Assembly: GCA_035695825.1 (NCBI GenBank)
Contig: DASRRH010000010.1
Coordinates: forward strand, 3,806-67,805
Reading direction: 5' to 3'
DNA length: 64,000 nucleotides
From: Planctomycetota bacterium
GTDB lineage: Bacteria > Planctomycetota > UBA1135 > JAKEFM01
A program made the position numbers and the translations under genes. Each line of letters begins with the position of its first letter. Positions within the stretch are counted from its first letter, which is position 1. The notes below the pieces were generated by a model. It worked only from the letters and a program-made list of their open reading frames with translations, was not told the DNA's origin and ran no database searches. This document shows, piece after piece, positions 36,804 to 45,434 of this stretch.

Positions 36804-37100
36804 ATGCCCCGGATGGATCCGAGGGAAGCGATCGCCGGCGTCGCCCGCCTCGCCCGGCTCGACCTCGAGCCCGCCGAAGGCGAGCGCATCGCCGCCCAGC
36901 TCGGCGACATCCTCCGCCACTTCGAGTCGATCCGTGCCCTCCCGACCGAGGGGGTCGCCCCGATCGTGCACGCGACCCCCGGCGCGGATGTGTTCCGGCC
37001 GGACGAGCCCCTCCCCTCCCTCCCGCGCGAGGAGGTCCTCGGGAACGCGCCGGAGGCGGAGGGGGGATTCTTCGCCGTCCCGAAGGTGGTCGAGGCGTGA
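36804..37100 (+). CDS. gatC: Asp/Glu-tRNA amidotransferase subunit C
   Basis: 98 aa: VARLARLDLEPAEGERIAAQLGDILRHFE...VFRPDEP. Confidence 0.9.
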   Translation: MPRMDPREAIAGVARLARLDLEPAEGERIAAQLGDILRHFESIRALPTEGVAPIVHATPGADVFRPDEPLPSLPREEVLGNAPEAEGGFFAVPKVVEA

Positions 37101-38587
37101 ACGACCTCGCCTCGCTCTCCGCGACGGCGCTCCGCTCCGCCGCGGCGCGCGGCGAGGTCTCCGTCCGCGAGATCGTCGAGGCGCACCTCGCGCGGATCGC
37201 CTCCTTCGATCCCCTCCTCCACGCCTTCCTCGGCGTGGACGAGGCGGGGGCCCGCGCGGCGGCGGGCGCCCTCGACGCGGCCCGGGCGCGGGGGGAGCCC
37301 GCCGGTCCGCTCTTCGGCGTCCCGGTCGCCCTAAAGGACAACCTCTGCGTCCGGGGGTGGGAGACGACCTGCGGCTCGCGCATCCTCCGCGGCTTCCGCC
37401 CCCCGTACGAGGCGACGGCGGTGGCCCGGCTGCGGGCGGCCGGCGCCGTCCTCCTCGGCCGGACGAACCTCGACGAGTTCGCGATGGGATCCTCGACGGA
37501 GAACTCCGCCTTTGGCCCGACGCGCAACCCGTGGGATCCTTCGCGCGCCCCGGGGGGCTCGAGCGGAGGCTCGGCCGCGGCGGTCGCCGCCCGCCTCGCC
37601 GCCCTCGCCCTCGGCTCGGACACGGGGGGGTCGATCCGCCAGCCCGCCGCGCTCTGCGGGGTCGTCGGAGTGAAGCCCACCTACGGCCGCGTCTCTCGCT
37701 ACGGCCTCGTCGCGTTCGGCTCTTCCCTCGACCAGATCGGGCCCCTCGCCCGCACGGTCGAGGACGCCGCCGCGGCCCTCTCCGTGATCGCGGGGCGGGA
37801 CTCGAACGACTCGACGAGCGTGGCCGACGCGGTCCCCGACTACCTCTCCGCGCTCGGGCGGGGCGTCGAGGGGCTGCGCCTGGGGCTTCCCCGGGAGTAC
37901 TTTCCCCCCGACCTCGACCCGGAGATCCGCGGCGCTCTCGAGCGGTGCCTCGAGCGGCTCCGGGGGCTCGGCGCGACGGTCGAGGAGATCTCCCTCCCGC
38001 ATGCCTCCGCCGCGATCCCCACCTACTACATCGTCGCGACCTCGGAGGCCTCGAGCAACCTCGCCCGCTACGACGGGGTGAAGTACGGCCTGCGCGAGGG
38101 AGGGGACGGGGACCTGCGGGCGATGTACGGCCGGACCCGGGGCCGGGGGTTCGGGGCCGAGGTGAAGCGACGGATCCTCCTCGGGACCTTCGCCCTCTCG
38201 AGCGGCTACTACGAGGCCTACTACGGCCGGGCGCTGCGCGCGCGGGCGCTGCTCCGGCGCGATTTCGACGAGGCCTTCCGGCGCGTCGACCTCCTCCTCG
38301 CTCCGACCTCCCCGTTCCCGGCCTTCCGCCTGGGCGAGAAGCTCGACGACCCGATCCAGATGTATCTCTGCGACGTCTTCACGGTGACGGCGAACCTCGT
38401 CGGGCTCCCGGCCGTCTCGGTTCCCGCGGGATTCACGAGGGCGCGCCGCGACGCCCCCGAGCTCCCGATCGGCGTCCAGGTCTTCGGCCGCCCCCTCGCG
38501 GAGGCCGACTGCCTCCGCGCCGCCGCGGCGATCGAACGCGCCTGCCCGGTTGCGGATCGCGCCCCCGCGCTCGCGGCCGACCCCTAG
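37097..38587 (+). CDS. gatA: Asp/Glu-tRNA amidotransferase subunit A
   Basis: 496 aa with the amidase signature GGSSGGSAAAVAARLAALALGSDTGGSIRQPAA. Confidence 0.95.
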   Translation: MNDLASLSATALRSAAARGEVSVREIVEAHLARIASFDPLLHAFLGVDEAGARAAAGALDAARARGEPAGPLFGVPVALKDNLCVRGWETTCGSRILRGFRPPYEATAVARLRAAGAVLLGRTNLDEFAMGSSTENSAFGPTRNPWDPSRAPGGSSGGSAAAVAARLAALALGSDTGGSIRQPAALCGVVGVKPTYGRVSRYGLVAFGSSLDQIGPLARTVEDAAAALSVIAGRDSNDSTSVADAVPDYLSALGRGVEGLRLGLPREYFPPDLDPEIRGALERCLERLRGLGATVEEISLPHASAAIPTYYIVATSEASSNLARYDGVKYGLREGGDGDLRAMYGRTRGRGFGAEVKRRILLGTFALSSGYYEAYYGRALRARALLRRDFDEAFRRVDLLLAPTSPFPAFRLGEKLDDPIQMYLCDVFTVTANLVGLPAVSVPAGFTRARRDAPELPIGVQVFGRPLAEADCLRAAAAIERACPVADRAPALAADP

Positions 38588-38589
38588 CG

Positions 38590-40014
38590 ATGGTCGAGTA
38601 CGAGCCGACGATCGGCCTCGAGACCCACGTCCAGCTCCGGACCCGGACGAAGCTCTTCTGCGGGTGTGCGAGCGCGTTCGGGGCCCCGCCGAACACCCTC
38701 GTCTGTCCGATCTGCGCGGGCCTCCCCGGGACCCTTCCCGCCCTGAACCGCGCGGCGTTCGAGGCGGCCGTCCGCGCCTCCCTGGCGCTGCGCTGCGAGA
38801 TCGCCCCCGAGACGAAGTTCGACCGGAAGAACTACTTCTACCCCGACCTCCCGAAGGGCTACCAGATCTCGCAGTACGACGCCCCCCTCTCCCGGAACGG
38901 CCGGCTCCTCCTCGCGGACGGGAGCGTCGTCCACATCCGCCGCGCCCACCTCGAGGAGGACGCCGGGAAGGCGATCCACGACCGGGGAGACCGGACCCTC
39001 GTCGACTTCAACCGCTGCGGGATTCCCCTCCTCGAGGTCGTGACCGAGCCCGACTTCCACACCGCCGCGCAGGCGGTTGCTTACCTCGTCCTGCTCCGGC
39101 GCACGATGCGCTACGTCGGAGCCTCGGAGTGCGACATGGAGAAGGGGTCGCTCCGCTGCGACGTGAACGTCTCGCTCGCGCCGAGCGGCGCCCCGCCCGG
39201 CACGCGCGTCGAGGTGAAGAACCTGAACTCCTTCCGGATGGTCGGCCGCGCGATCGAGCACGAGACGGCCCGGCAGAGGGAGGTCCTCGCGCGGGGCGGG
39301 GCGGTCGAGCAGGAGACGCGCCTCTGGAGGGACGCGCAGGGAGTCACGGCCCCGATGCGGAGCAAGGAGGAGGCCCACGACTACCGCTACTTCCCCGAGC
39401 CCGATCTCCCACCGTTCCACGCCCCCGCGGCCTGGGTGGAGCGGCTGCGGTCGGAGCTGCCCGAGCTTCCCGCCGAACGCCGCGCACGCTTCGAGCGCGC
39501 GGTCGGCCTCCCCTCCGAAGCGGCCGAGACCCTGACGGCCGAGCGCGGCCTCGCCGACTACTTCGAGGCCCTCGCCGGGGCCTGCGGCGACGCGCGGGCG
39601 GCGGCGAACTGGGTCGCGGGGGAGGTCTGCCGGGAGCTGAACGAGCGCAAGATCGAGATCGAGGAGTTCCCCCTCGGCCCGCCGGCCCTCGCGCGCCTCC
39701 TCGCCCTCGTCCCCGACCGCGTCTCGGTCGGGGCCGCGCGCGCGATCTTCCGTAGGCTGGTCGAGTCCCCCGCCTCCGACCCCGCCGCGCTCGCCGCCTC
39801 GATGGGGCTCGAGCAGCTCTCCGATGTCTCCGCGATCGAGGCCGCGTGCCGCGAGGCGCTCGCGGCGGCGCCGCGCGCGGCGGAAGAGTTCCGCGCCGGC
39901 AAGGGGAAGGCCCTCGACAGCCTAGTCGGACGGGTCATGGGGGCGACGAAGGGGCGGGCGAACCCCCGGCTCGTCCAGGAGACGTTGCGCCGCCTCCTCG
40001 GGTCCCCCGCGTGA
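38590..40014 (+). CDS. gatB: Asp/Glu-tRNA amidotransferase subunit B
   Basis: ATG at 38590: YEPTIGLETHVQL...FDRKNYFYPDLPKGYQISQ...HLEEDAGK...NLNSF. Confidence 0.95.
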   Translation: MVEYEPTIGLETHVQLRTRTKLFCGCASAFGAPPNTLVCPICAGLPGTLPALNRAAFEAAVRASLALRCEIAPETKFDRKNYFYPDLPKGYQISQYDAPLSRNGRLLLADGSVVHIRRAHLEEDAGKAIHDRGDRTLVDFNRCGIPLLEVVTEPDFHTAAQAVAYLVLLRRTMRYVGASECDMEKGSLRCDVNVSLAPSGAPPGTRVEVKNLNSFRMVGRAIEHETARQREVLARGGAVEQETRLWRDAQGVTAPMRSKEEAHDYRYFPEPDLPPFHAPAAWVERLRSELPELPAERRARFERAVGLPSEAAETLTAERGLADYFEALAGACGDARAAANWVAGEVCRELNERKIEIEEFPLGPPALARLLALVPDRVSVGAARAIFRRLVESPASDPAALAASMGLEQLSDVSAIEAACREALAAAPRAAEEFRAGKGKALDSLVGRVMGATKGRANPRLVQETLRRLLGSPA

Positions 40015-40235
40015 ATCCCCCCGGCGCCGGCCGGCGCGTCGCCTACGGCGAGGGGTGGGTCCTTCTCGCAGGGATGGCCGTCGCTGCAGCCGCCCTCCTC
40101 GGCATGTGGGGGATCGGCTCGCGCGGGTCGCTGCGCGCGCTCGCCGGGATGGCTGCGGTCTACGCGGCCGTCCGCCTCGCGATCGCGCCCGCCGCCGCGG
40201 CCTTCACGCGCCGGCTGCGCAGGGGCGGGCGCTGA
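40011..40235 (+). CDS. small two-TM membrane protein (hypothetical)
   Basis: A GTG at 40011 overlaps the gatB stop. The 74-aa product has two hydrophobic helices (WVLLAGMAVAAAALLGMWGI; LAGMAAVYAAVRLAIAPAAAAF). Confidence 0.4.
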   Translation: MNPPGAGRRVAYGEGWVLLAGMAVAAAALLGMWGIGSRGSLRALAGMAAVYAAVRLAIAPAAAAFTRRLRRGGR

Positions 40236-40240
40236 GCCCC

Positions 40241-40900
40241 GTGGAAGGGGAACGGACGCGGGCCGCTCGGGAGCGGATGGTTCGCGACCAGCTCGCCGGC
40301 CGCGGGATCCGCGACGGACGGGTCCTCGCGACGATGCGGGTCGTGCCGCGCCACCTCTTCGTCGAGCCCTCGGAGGAAGGGCGCGCCTACGAGGACGGTC
40401 CGCTGCCGATCGGGTTCGGCGCGACGATTTCCCAGCCCTACGTCGTCGCCGCGATGACGGAGCTCCTCCGCCTGCGCGGGACGGAGAAGGTGCTCGAGAT
40501 CGGGAGCGGCTCGGGCTACCAGACGGCGGTCCTCGCGGAGCTCGCAGGAGAGGTCTACTCCGTCGAGATCGTCCCCGAGCTTCACGAGCGCGCGAAGCGC
40601 GTGCTCGAGGTCCTCGGCTACCGGAACGTCCACCTCCGCTGCGGCGACGGCGCGCGCGGCTGGCTCGAGGAAGCTCCGTTCGACGACATCCTCGTCACGG
40701 CCGCTCCCCCCGACGTCCCCTCCCCCCTCCTCGACCAGCTCGCCCTCGGCGGGCGGATGGTGATCCCGATCGGGAAGGAGCGGCAGACCCTTCACGTGTT
40801 CGAGAAGACGCCGAAGGGCATGGTGCGCGAGAAGTCCTTCGAGGTCCGGTTCGTGCCGCTCCAGGGGAAGGGGGAGAAGCCTCCCCCCGCGGCCCCCTAG
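40241..40900 (+). CDS. pcm: protein-L-isoaspartate O-methyltransferase
   Basis: GTG at 40241: VPRHLFV, ISQPYVVAAMTELL, VLEIGSGSGYQTAVLA, ILVTAA. Confidence 0.92.
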   Translation: MEGERTRAARERMVRDQLAGRGIRDGRVLATMRVVPRHLFVEPSEEGRAYEDGPLPIGFGATISQPYVVAAMTELLRLRGTEKVLEIGSGSGYQTAVLAELAGEVYSVEIVPELHERAKRVLEVLGYRNVHLRCGDGARGWLEEAPFDDILVTAAPPDVPSPLLDQLALGGRMVIPIGKERQTLHVFEKTPKGMVREKSFEVRFVPLQGKGEKPPPAAP

Positions 40901-41045
40901 CGATCGAGCCGGTCCCCCGATTCCCCGCCGCCCGGCTGGAGGTAGTCGCTCGGGGGCGCTAGCGTTCCTCCGCCGTTTCCCCATGAGAGCGAGTCGCGGT
41001 CTTCTAAGGCGATCGCCGGATTCGCGCGGACGAGGGCGCTGACGG

Positions 41046-42260
41046 ATGCCGGTCTTCGTCCGCGAGGTCGCGCTGCGCCACTACCGGAGCATCTCCCGGT
41101 GCAGGGTGCCGCTCTCTTCCCTCACCGTCCTCGTCGGACCGAATGGCTCCGGCAAGAGCAGCTTCCTCGACGCCCTCCACTTCGTTACGGACGCTCTGAA
41201 CACGACTCTCGAGAACGCCCTCCGCGACCGCGGAGGTATCGATTCCGTGCGGGGGCGGTCGGGCGGACGGCCGACGGACTTCGGCATCCAACTTTCCCTC
41301 AACCTGCGCGAGGGTGGAAGCGCGACCTACGGCTTCCTCGTCCGGGCGGAGAAGAATCGGGCGTTCTCCGTGAAGCACGAAGAGTGTCGCGTGGAAGGAG
41401 CGCCCCTGCGAGGGCCGGAACCTGCCCACTTCGTGGTCGAGAGAGGGAGGGTTCTCTCCATCCGCCCGGCCGTTCGCACGGCGGTCGAGCCCGACAGGCT
41501 CTTCCTGACGGCGGTCTCGGCGAGCCCCGAGTTTCGGCCCGTCTACGATGGGCTCTCGCGGATGGGCTTCTACAACCTGAATCCCGATCGGATCCGCGAT
41601 CTCCAGAACCCGGACCCGGGGAAACGGCTCGCCCGTGACGGCCACAACATTGCGTCGGTCCTCCGGGAGCTGAAGAGGACGACTCCGGCGGCGAAGGACA
41701 CGGTTTCCGAGTACCTCCGGAAGATCGTGCCGGGAGTCGAGTCGGTCGAACCGAAGACCCTGGGACCGAAGGAAACCCTCGAGTTCCGGCAGAGTCACGG
41801 AGACTCCCGTCCGTGGAAGTTCCTCGCGGGGGAGATGTCGGACGGAACGCTCCGCGCTCTCGGAGTCCTCGTCGCGGTCTTCCATGCGGAGGCAGACGCC
41901 GCACAGTCGGTCCCCCTCGTCGGAATCGAGGAACCCGAAGTTGCCATCCACCCCGGAGCCGCGGAGGTCCTCGCCGAGGCCCTGCTCGGAGCGTCGGAGA
42001 CCGTGCAGATCCTCCTCACGACCCACAGCCCCGATTTCCTCGATCACAAGGCGTTCGGCCCGGAGCACCTCCGGTCCGTCGACCTCCTCGAGGGATCGAC
42101 CATCATCACCTCGATCGACGAGGCGGCCCGGTCCGCCCTCCGCGACCGGCTCTACTCCGCGGGGGAACTCCTCCGCATGGGCCAGATCGAGACGAATCCG
42201 GAGGCATTCCGAACCGTGGCCCGCGAGCGGGACCTCTTCGAGGCGGGCCCGGACGGGTGA
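41046..42260 (+). CDS. ABC/SMC-type (AAA_15/AAA_21-like) ATPase, first gene of a two-gene cassette
   Basis: 404 aa: Walker A GPNGSGKSS, signature-like MSDGTLRAL, Walker B LVGIEEPEVAIHP, H-loop TTHSP. Spot-counted G+C is lower than in core genes. Confidence 0.85.
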   Translation: MPVFVREVALRHYRSISRCRVPLSSLTVLVGPNGSGKSSFLDALHFVTDALNTTLENALRDRGGIDSVRGRSGGRPTDFGIQLSLNLREGGSATYGFLVRAEKNRAFSVKHEECRVEGAPLRGPEPAHFVVERGRVLSIRPAVRTAVEPDRLFLTAVSASPEFRPVYDGLSRMGFYNLNPDRIRDLQNPDPGKRLARDGHNIASVLRELKRTTPAAKDTVSEYLRKIVPGVESVEPKTLGPKETLEFRQSHGDSRPWKFLAGEMSDGTLRALGVLVAVFHAEADAAQSVPLVGIEEPEVAIHPGAAEVLAEALLGASETVQILLTTHSPDFLDHKAFGPEHLRSVDLLEGSTIITSIDEAARSALRDRLYSAGELLRMGQIETNPEAFRTVARERDLFEAGPDG

Positions 42261-42920
42261 CCCTCCGGGTCGTCTGCATCGTCGAAGGCCACGCCGAGAC
42301 CGAGACGGTCCCGATCCTGCTCCGCCGGATCGCCCAGGAGGGCGCGCTCTACGACCTCGTGATCCCCCCCGCCCCTCCGGGTCCCGAAGTCAAGGCTTCT
42401 GAAGGAGGCGGAATTCAAGCGAGCCATCGATCTCGCCGGACGCAAGGCGGGACCGGGCGGCTCGGTCCTCGTGCTTCTCGACGCCGACGAGGACTGCCCG
42501 GCGGAACACGGACCGCGCCTCCTTGAGTGGGCGCATCGCGAGCGAGGCGACGTCGAAGGCGCGGTCGTCCTCGCCAAGCGTGAGATCGAAGCGTGGTTCG
42601 CCGCGTCGATCGAGTCCCTGAGGGGCCACCGTAGGGTCCGGCGGGATGCCTCGCCCCCCACCGAACCTGAGGCGATCGAGGACGCGAAGAGCTGGATGTC
42701 CGCGGCGATGGAGTACGGGGCGCGTTACGGGCCGGTCAAGGATCAGGCGGGACTCGCCCAGGCTTTCGACTTCTCGCTCGCGAGAAAGCGGTCTCCATCG
42801 TTCGAGAAGTTCCTTCGGGACGCTTCGCGGCTTCTTCAACTCCCGTCGTACCTGGACGGGGCGACCGCCTGGAGCGATCGACGGGACGTGCTCTCCCGTC
42901 CGACCGCGCGAGACGCTTGA
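42257..42920 (+). pseudogene. TOPRIM-like (DUF4276-type) protein gene, split by a 1-nt frameshift in a C7 run
   Basis: A GTG at 42257 overlaps the ATPase stop (GTGA). Frame A: VTLRVVCIVEGHAETETVPILLRRIAQEGALYDLVIPP. Frame B, open from 42363: PPLRVPKSRLLKEAEFKRAIDLAGRKAGPGGSVLVLLDADEDCPAEHGP...REIEAWFAAS. Removing one C from 42364-42370 gives a single 220-codon ORF. Confidence 0.8.
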
Positions 42921-43208
42921 CCGACGTCGAGAGGAGGACGCAGTCACGGCCCGAGGCTGATGGAGCCTCTCATCGGTGATTCGCCCCCGTAGGCCCGACA
43001 CAGGGAGTCACTTGCAGGGTTTGAAGACACACGTAGCAGAAGCCCGATCGTGACTTATGCAGGGCCTCCGCCCGAACATCGCAGACCAGGCCCCAGACCT
43101 CCCGCGGCGGCGGAGAGGTCGGGGATCGAGGGAGACCCCTTCGACCCCCGGAAGCACGGCCATCACTTCCTGAGGGGGGAATTGCTTCCCGTCGGCCCCC
43201 AGGGACGG

Positions 43209-43277
43209 TCCTACTCCCACTCGATCGTCGCGAGAGGCTTGCTCGAGACGTCGAGGACGACGCGTTCCACGCCGCGC
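43209..43277. repeat. direct repeat copy B (guaA 3'-end sequence, att-like)
   Basis: Shares two identical blocks with 43882-43950, of 23 nt (tcctactcccactcgatcgtcgc) and 26 nt (ggcttgctcgagacgtcgaggacgac), plus cacgccgcg. Confidence 0.85.
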
Positions 43278-43337
43278 AGCTCGGGGGCGATCCGGCACGA
43301 GATCCGCGCGGGGAGCTCCTCCGGCGGGCAGACCCCC
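43211..43337 (-). pseudogene. orphan, diverged copy of the last ~40 codons of guaA
   Basis: Minus-strand translation ...[36 protein letters not shown] compares with authentic guaA ...[36 protein letters not shown]. Confidence 0.8.
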
Positions 43338-43385
43338 TCCGCGGTTCTCCCGCCCCCGGTCGCGACGCGCCGCCGGTCCTTCTCC

Positions 43386-43859
43386 TCAGCGAACCCTTCG
43401 GTCCCTCCGGCTCCATTTCACGATGGGCCTCAGGCCGGCAGCGTTCGCCGCGTTCGTGTAGAGGTCCACGAGTTTGCGGCGGTAGAAGATCGTCCAGAGC
43501 CGGCGATCCCCCTTGTTCGGGAAGAAGGTCCGCAACCCTTCAAACCGTGGCACGCAGCTCTCCGGTTTCCCGGTTTCCCGGAGGAGCTCGCGGACCCACC
43601 CGCTCCACTGCTCCTCCGTGGGGAAGGGGATTTCCGCGAACGACTCCGGGTGGCGCTCGACTCTCTCGCGCGCTCGCCGGTTCGCGAGAACGGAATCGGC
43701 CAGGAGTTCGACCTCTATCGACTCGTCGTAGGTCAGCGTGGCGAGCTGGCCCGTGGTGCGGTCGAGGAAGACCCGCCACGGCGATCCGGCCTCCTCTCGG
43801 AGGACCGAATACACCAGCCACGCGGGAACCTCGACCGTTCCGTCGAGACCAGGATCCAC
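43386..43859 (-). CDS. hypothetical protein (157 aa), the sole gene between the two guaA 3'-end copies
   Basis: Balanced, non-repetitive sequence: ...[26 protein letters not shown]...[20 protein letters not shown]...[22 protein letters not shown]. The layout is reminiscent of UPF0158-type proteins, but I cannot verify this. Confidence 0.6.
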   Translation of the reverse strand: MDPGLDGTVEVPAWLVYSVLREEAGSPWRVFLDRTTGQLATLTYDESIEVELLADSVLANRRARERVERHPESFAEIPFPTEEQWSGWVRELLRETGKPESCVPRFEGLRTFFPNKGDRRLWTIFYRRKLVDLYTNAANAAGLRPIVKWSRRDRRVR

Positions 43860-43881
43860 GGAATGCCCGGCTCGCGTGGGA

Positions 43882-43950
43882 TCCTACTCCCACTCGATCG
43901 TCGCCGGGGGCTTGCTCGAGACGTCGAGGACGACCCGGTTCACGCCGCGG
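43882..43950. repeat. direct repeat copy A (authentic guaA 3' end)
   Basis: See copy B. This copy is contiguous with the full-length guaA reading frame. Confidence 0.85.
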
Positions 43951-45434
43951 ACCTCGTTGATGATCCGGTTCGAGATCCTCCCGAGGAGCTCCCGCGGCAG
44001 ATAGACCCAGTCCGCCGTCATCCCGTCCTCGCTCGCGACGATCCGGAGCGCGATCACGTTCTCGTAGGTCCGTGCGTCCCCCATCACGCCGACCGTCGAG
44101 ACGGGAAGCAGGATCGCGAAGTACTGCCAAAGCCCCTCGTGGGCGCGGGCCCGCTCGACCTCCTCCACGACGATCGCGTCGGCCTCGCGGAGGATCGCGA
44201 GCCGCTCCTCGGTGACGGGGCCGAGGAGTCGCACGGCGAGCCCGGGCCCCGGGAAAGGCTGGCGAGCGACGATCGACGCGGGGAGCCCGAGCGCGCGGCC
44301 GACCTCCCGGACCTCGTCCTTGAAGAGGAAGCGCAGCGGCTCGACGAGGGCGAAGGGCATGTCCGGCGGGAGGCCCCCGACATTGTGGTGGCTCTTGATC
44401 ATCGAGGTCGCCCCGCCCCACGCCGCGACCGACTCGATCACGTCGGGGTAGAGCGTCCCCTGTCCGAGGAACTTCGCCCGGGGGAACCGCGAGGACGCCT
44501 CCCGGAAGACGGCGATGAACTCGGCTCCGATGCGCTTTCGCTTCTCCTCGGGATCGACGACGTCGCGGAGGCGCTCGAGGAAGCGCGCGCGGGCGTCGAG
44601 GACGGTGAGATCCATGTGGAAGTGGGCGCGGAACGTCCGTTCGACCTCCTCGCCTTCCCCCCTCCGGAGCAGGCCGTTGTCGACGAAGACGGCGTGGAGG
44701 CGCGGGCCGATGGCCTTGTGGAGGATCAACGAGGCGACGGCCGAGTCGACGCCCCCGGAGAGCCCCAACACGACCTCGCCGTCGCCGACCTTCGCGCGGA
44801 TCTCCTCGACGGCCTGCTCGATCACGGAGGAGGGCGTCCAGTCGCCAGCGAGGCCGCAGACGCGGAAGAGGAAGTTCCGGAGGACCTCCCGCCCCCGCTC
44901 CGTGTGGGTCACTTCCGGGTGGAACAGGACGCCGAAGATCCGACCCGTCGAGTCGACGACGGCGGCGTGGGCGCAATTGCCGGAGCGGGCGACGGTCCGG
45001 AACCCCTCGGGAAGGCGCTCCACCCTGTCGCCGTGGCTCATCCAGACGACGCTGCTCGTCGGGACTCCTTCGAAGAGAGGAGAAGTCCCGGTCACGTCGA
45101 GGGGGGAGCGACCGAACTCTCGGGCTTCCCCGGGGACCACCTTTCCGCCGAGGGCCCCCGTAAGCCACTGCATCCCGTAGCAGATGCCGAGGACCGGGAC
45201 GCGCAGGCCGAGCACCGACTCCCGGTCGAGGGCCGGGGCGTCGGTCTCGTACACGCTCGCGGGACCGCCGGAGAGGATCACCCCCTTCGGCCGGAGGCGC
45301 GCGGCCGCCTCGGCGAAGCGCGCGGGGGGGTGGATCTCGCAGTAGACGAGCGCCTCGCGGACGCGCCGGGCGATCAACTGGGCGGTCTGGGAGCCGAAGT
45401 CGACGACGAGGACCGCCTCGTGCGGCGCGCTCAT
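43884..45434 (-). CDS. guaA: GMP synthase (glutamine-hydrolysing)
   Basis: The ATG at 45434 overlaps the guaB stop (ATGA): VLVVDFGSQTAQLIARRVRE, GICYGMQ, LGLSGGVDSAV, SHHNVGGLP, ending ...KPPATIEWE. Confidence 0.95.
   Translation of the reverse strand: MSAPHEAVLVVDFGSQTAQLIARRVREALVYCEIHPPARFAEAAARLRPKGVILSGGPASVYETDAPALDRESVLGLRVPVLGICYGMQWLTGALGGKVVPGEAREFGRSPLDVTGTSPLFEGVPTSSVVWMSHGDRVERLPEGFRTVARSGNCAHAAVVDSTGRIFGVLFHPEVTHTERGREVLRNFLFRVCGLAGDWTPSSVIEQAVEEIRAKVGDGEVVLGLSGGVDSAVASLILHKAIGPRLHAVFVDNGLLRRGEGEEVERTFRAHFHMDLTVLDARARFLERLRDVVDPEEKRKRIGAEFIAVFREASSRFPRAKFLGQGTLYPDVIESVAAWGGATSMIKSHHNVGGLPPDMPFALVEPLRFLFKDEVREVGRALGLPASIVARQPFPGPGLAVRLLGPVTEERLAILREADAIVVEEVERARAHEGLWQYFAILLPVSTVGVMGDARTYENVIALRIVASEDGMTADWVYLPRELLGRISNRIINEVRGVNRVVLDVSSKPPATIEWE

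Noticed and set aside
41004-42068. 354-aa ORF antisense to the ABC-type ATPase
   Set aside because: It has no recognisable motifs and a composition typical of antisense translation. The opposite strand carries complete Walker A/B, signature and H-loop motifs.
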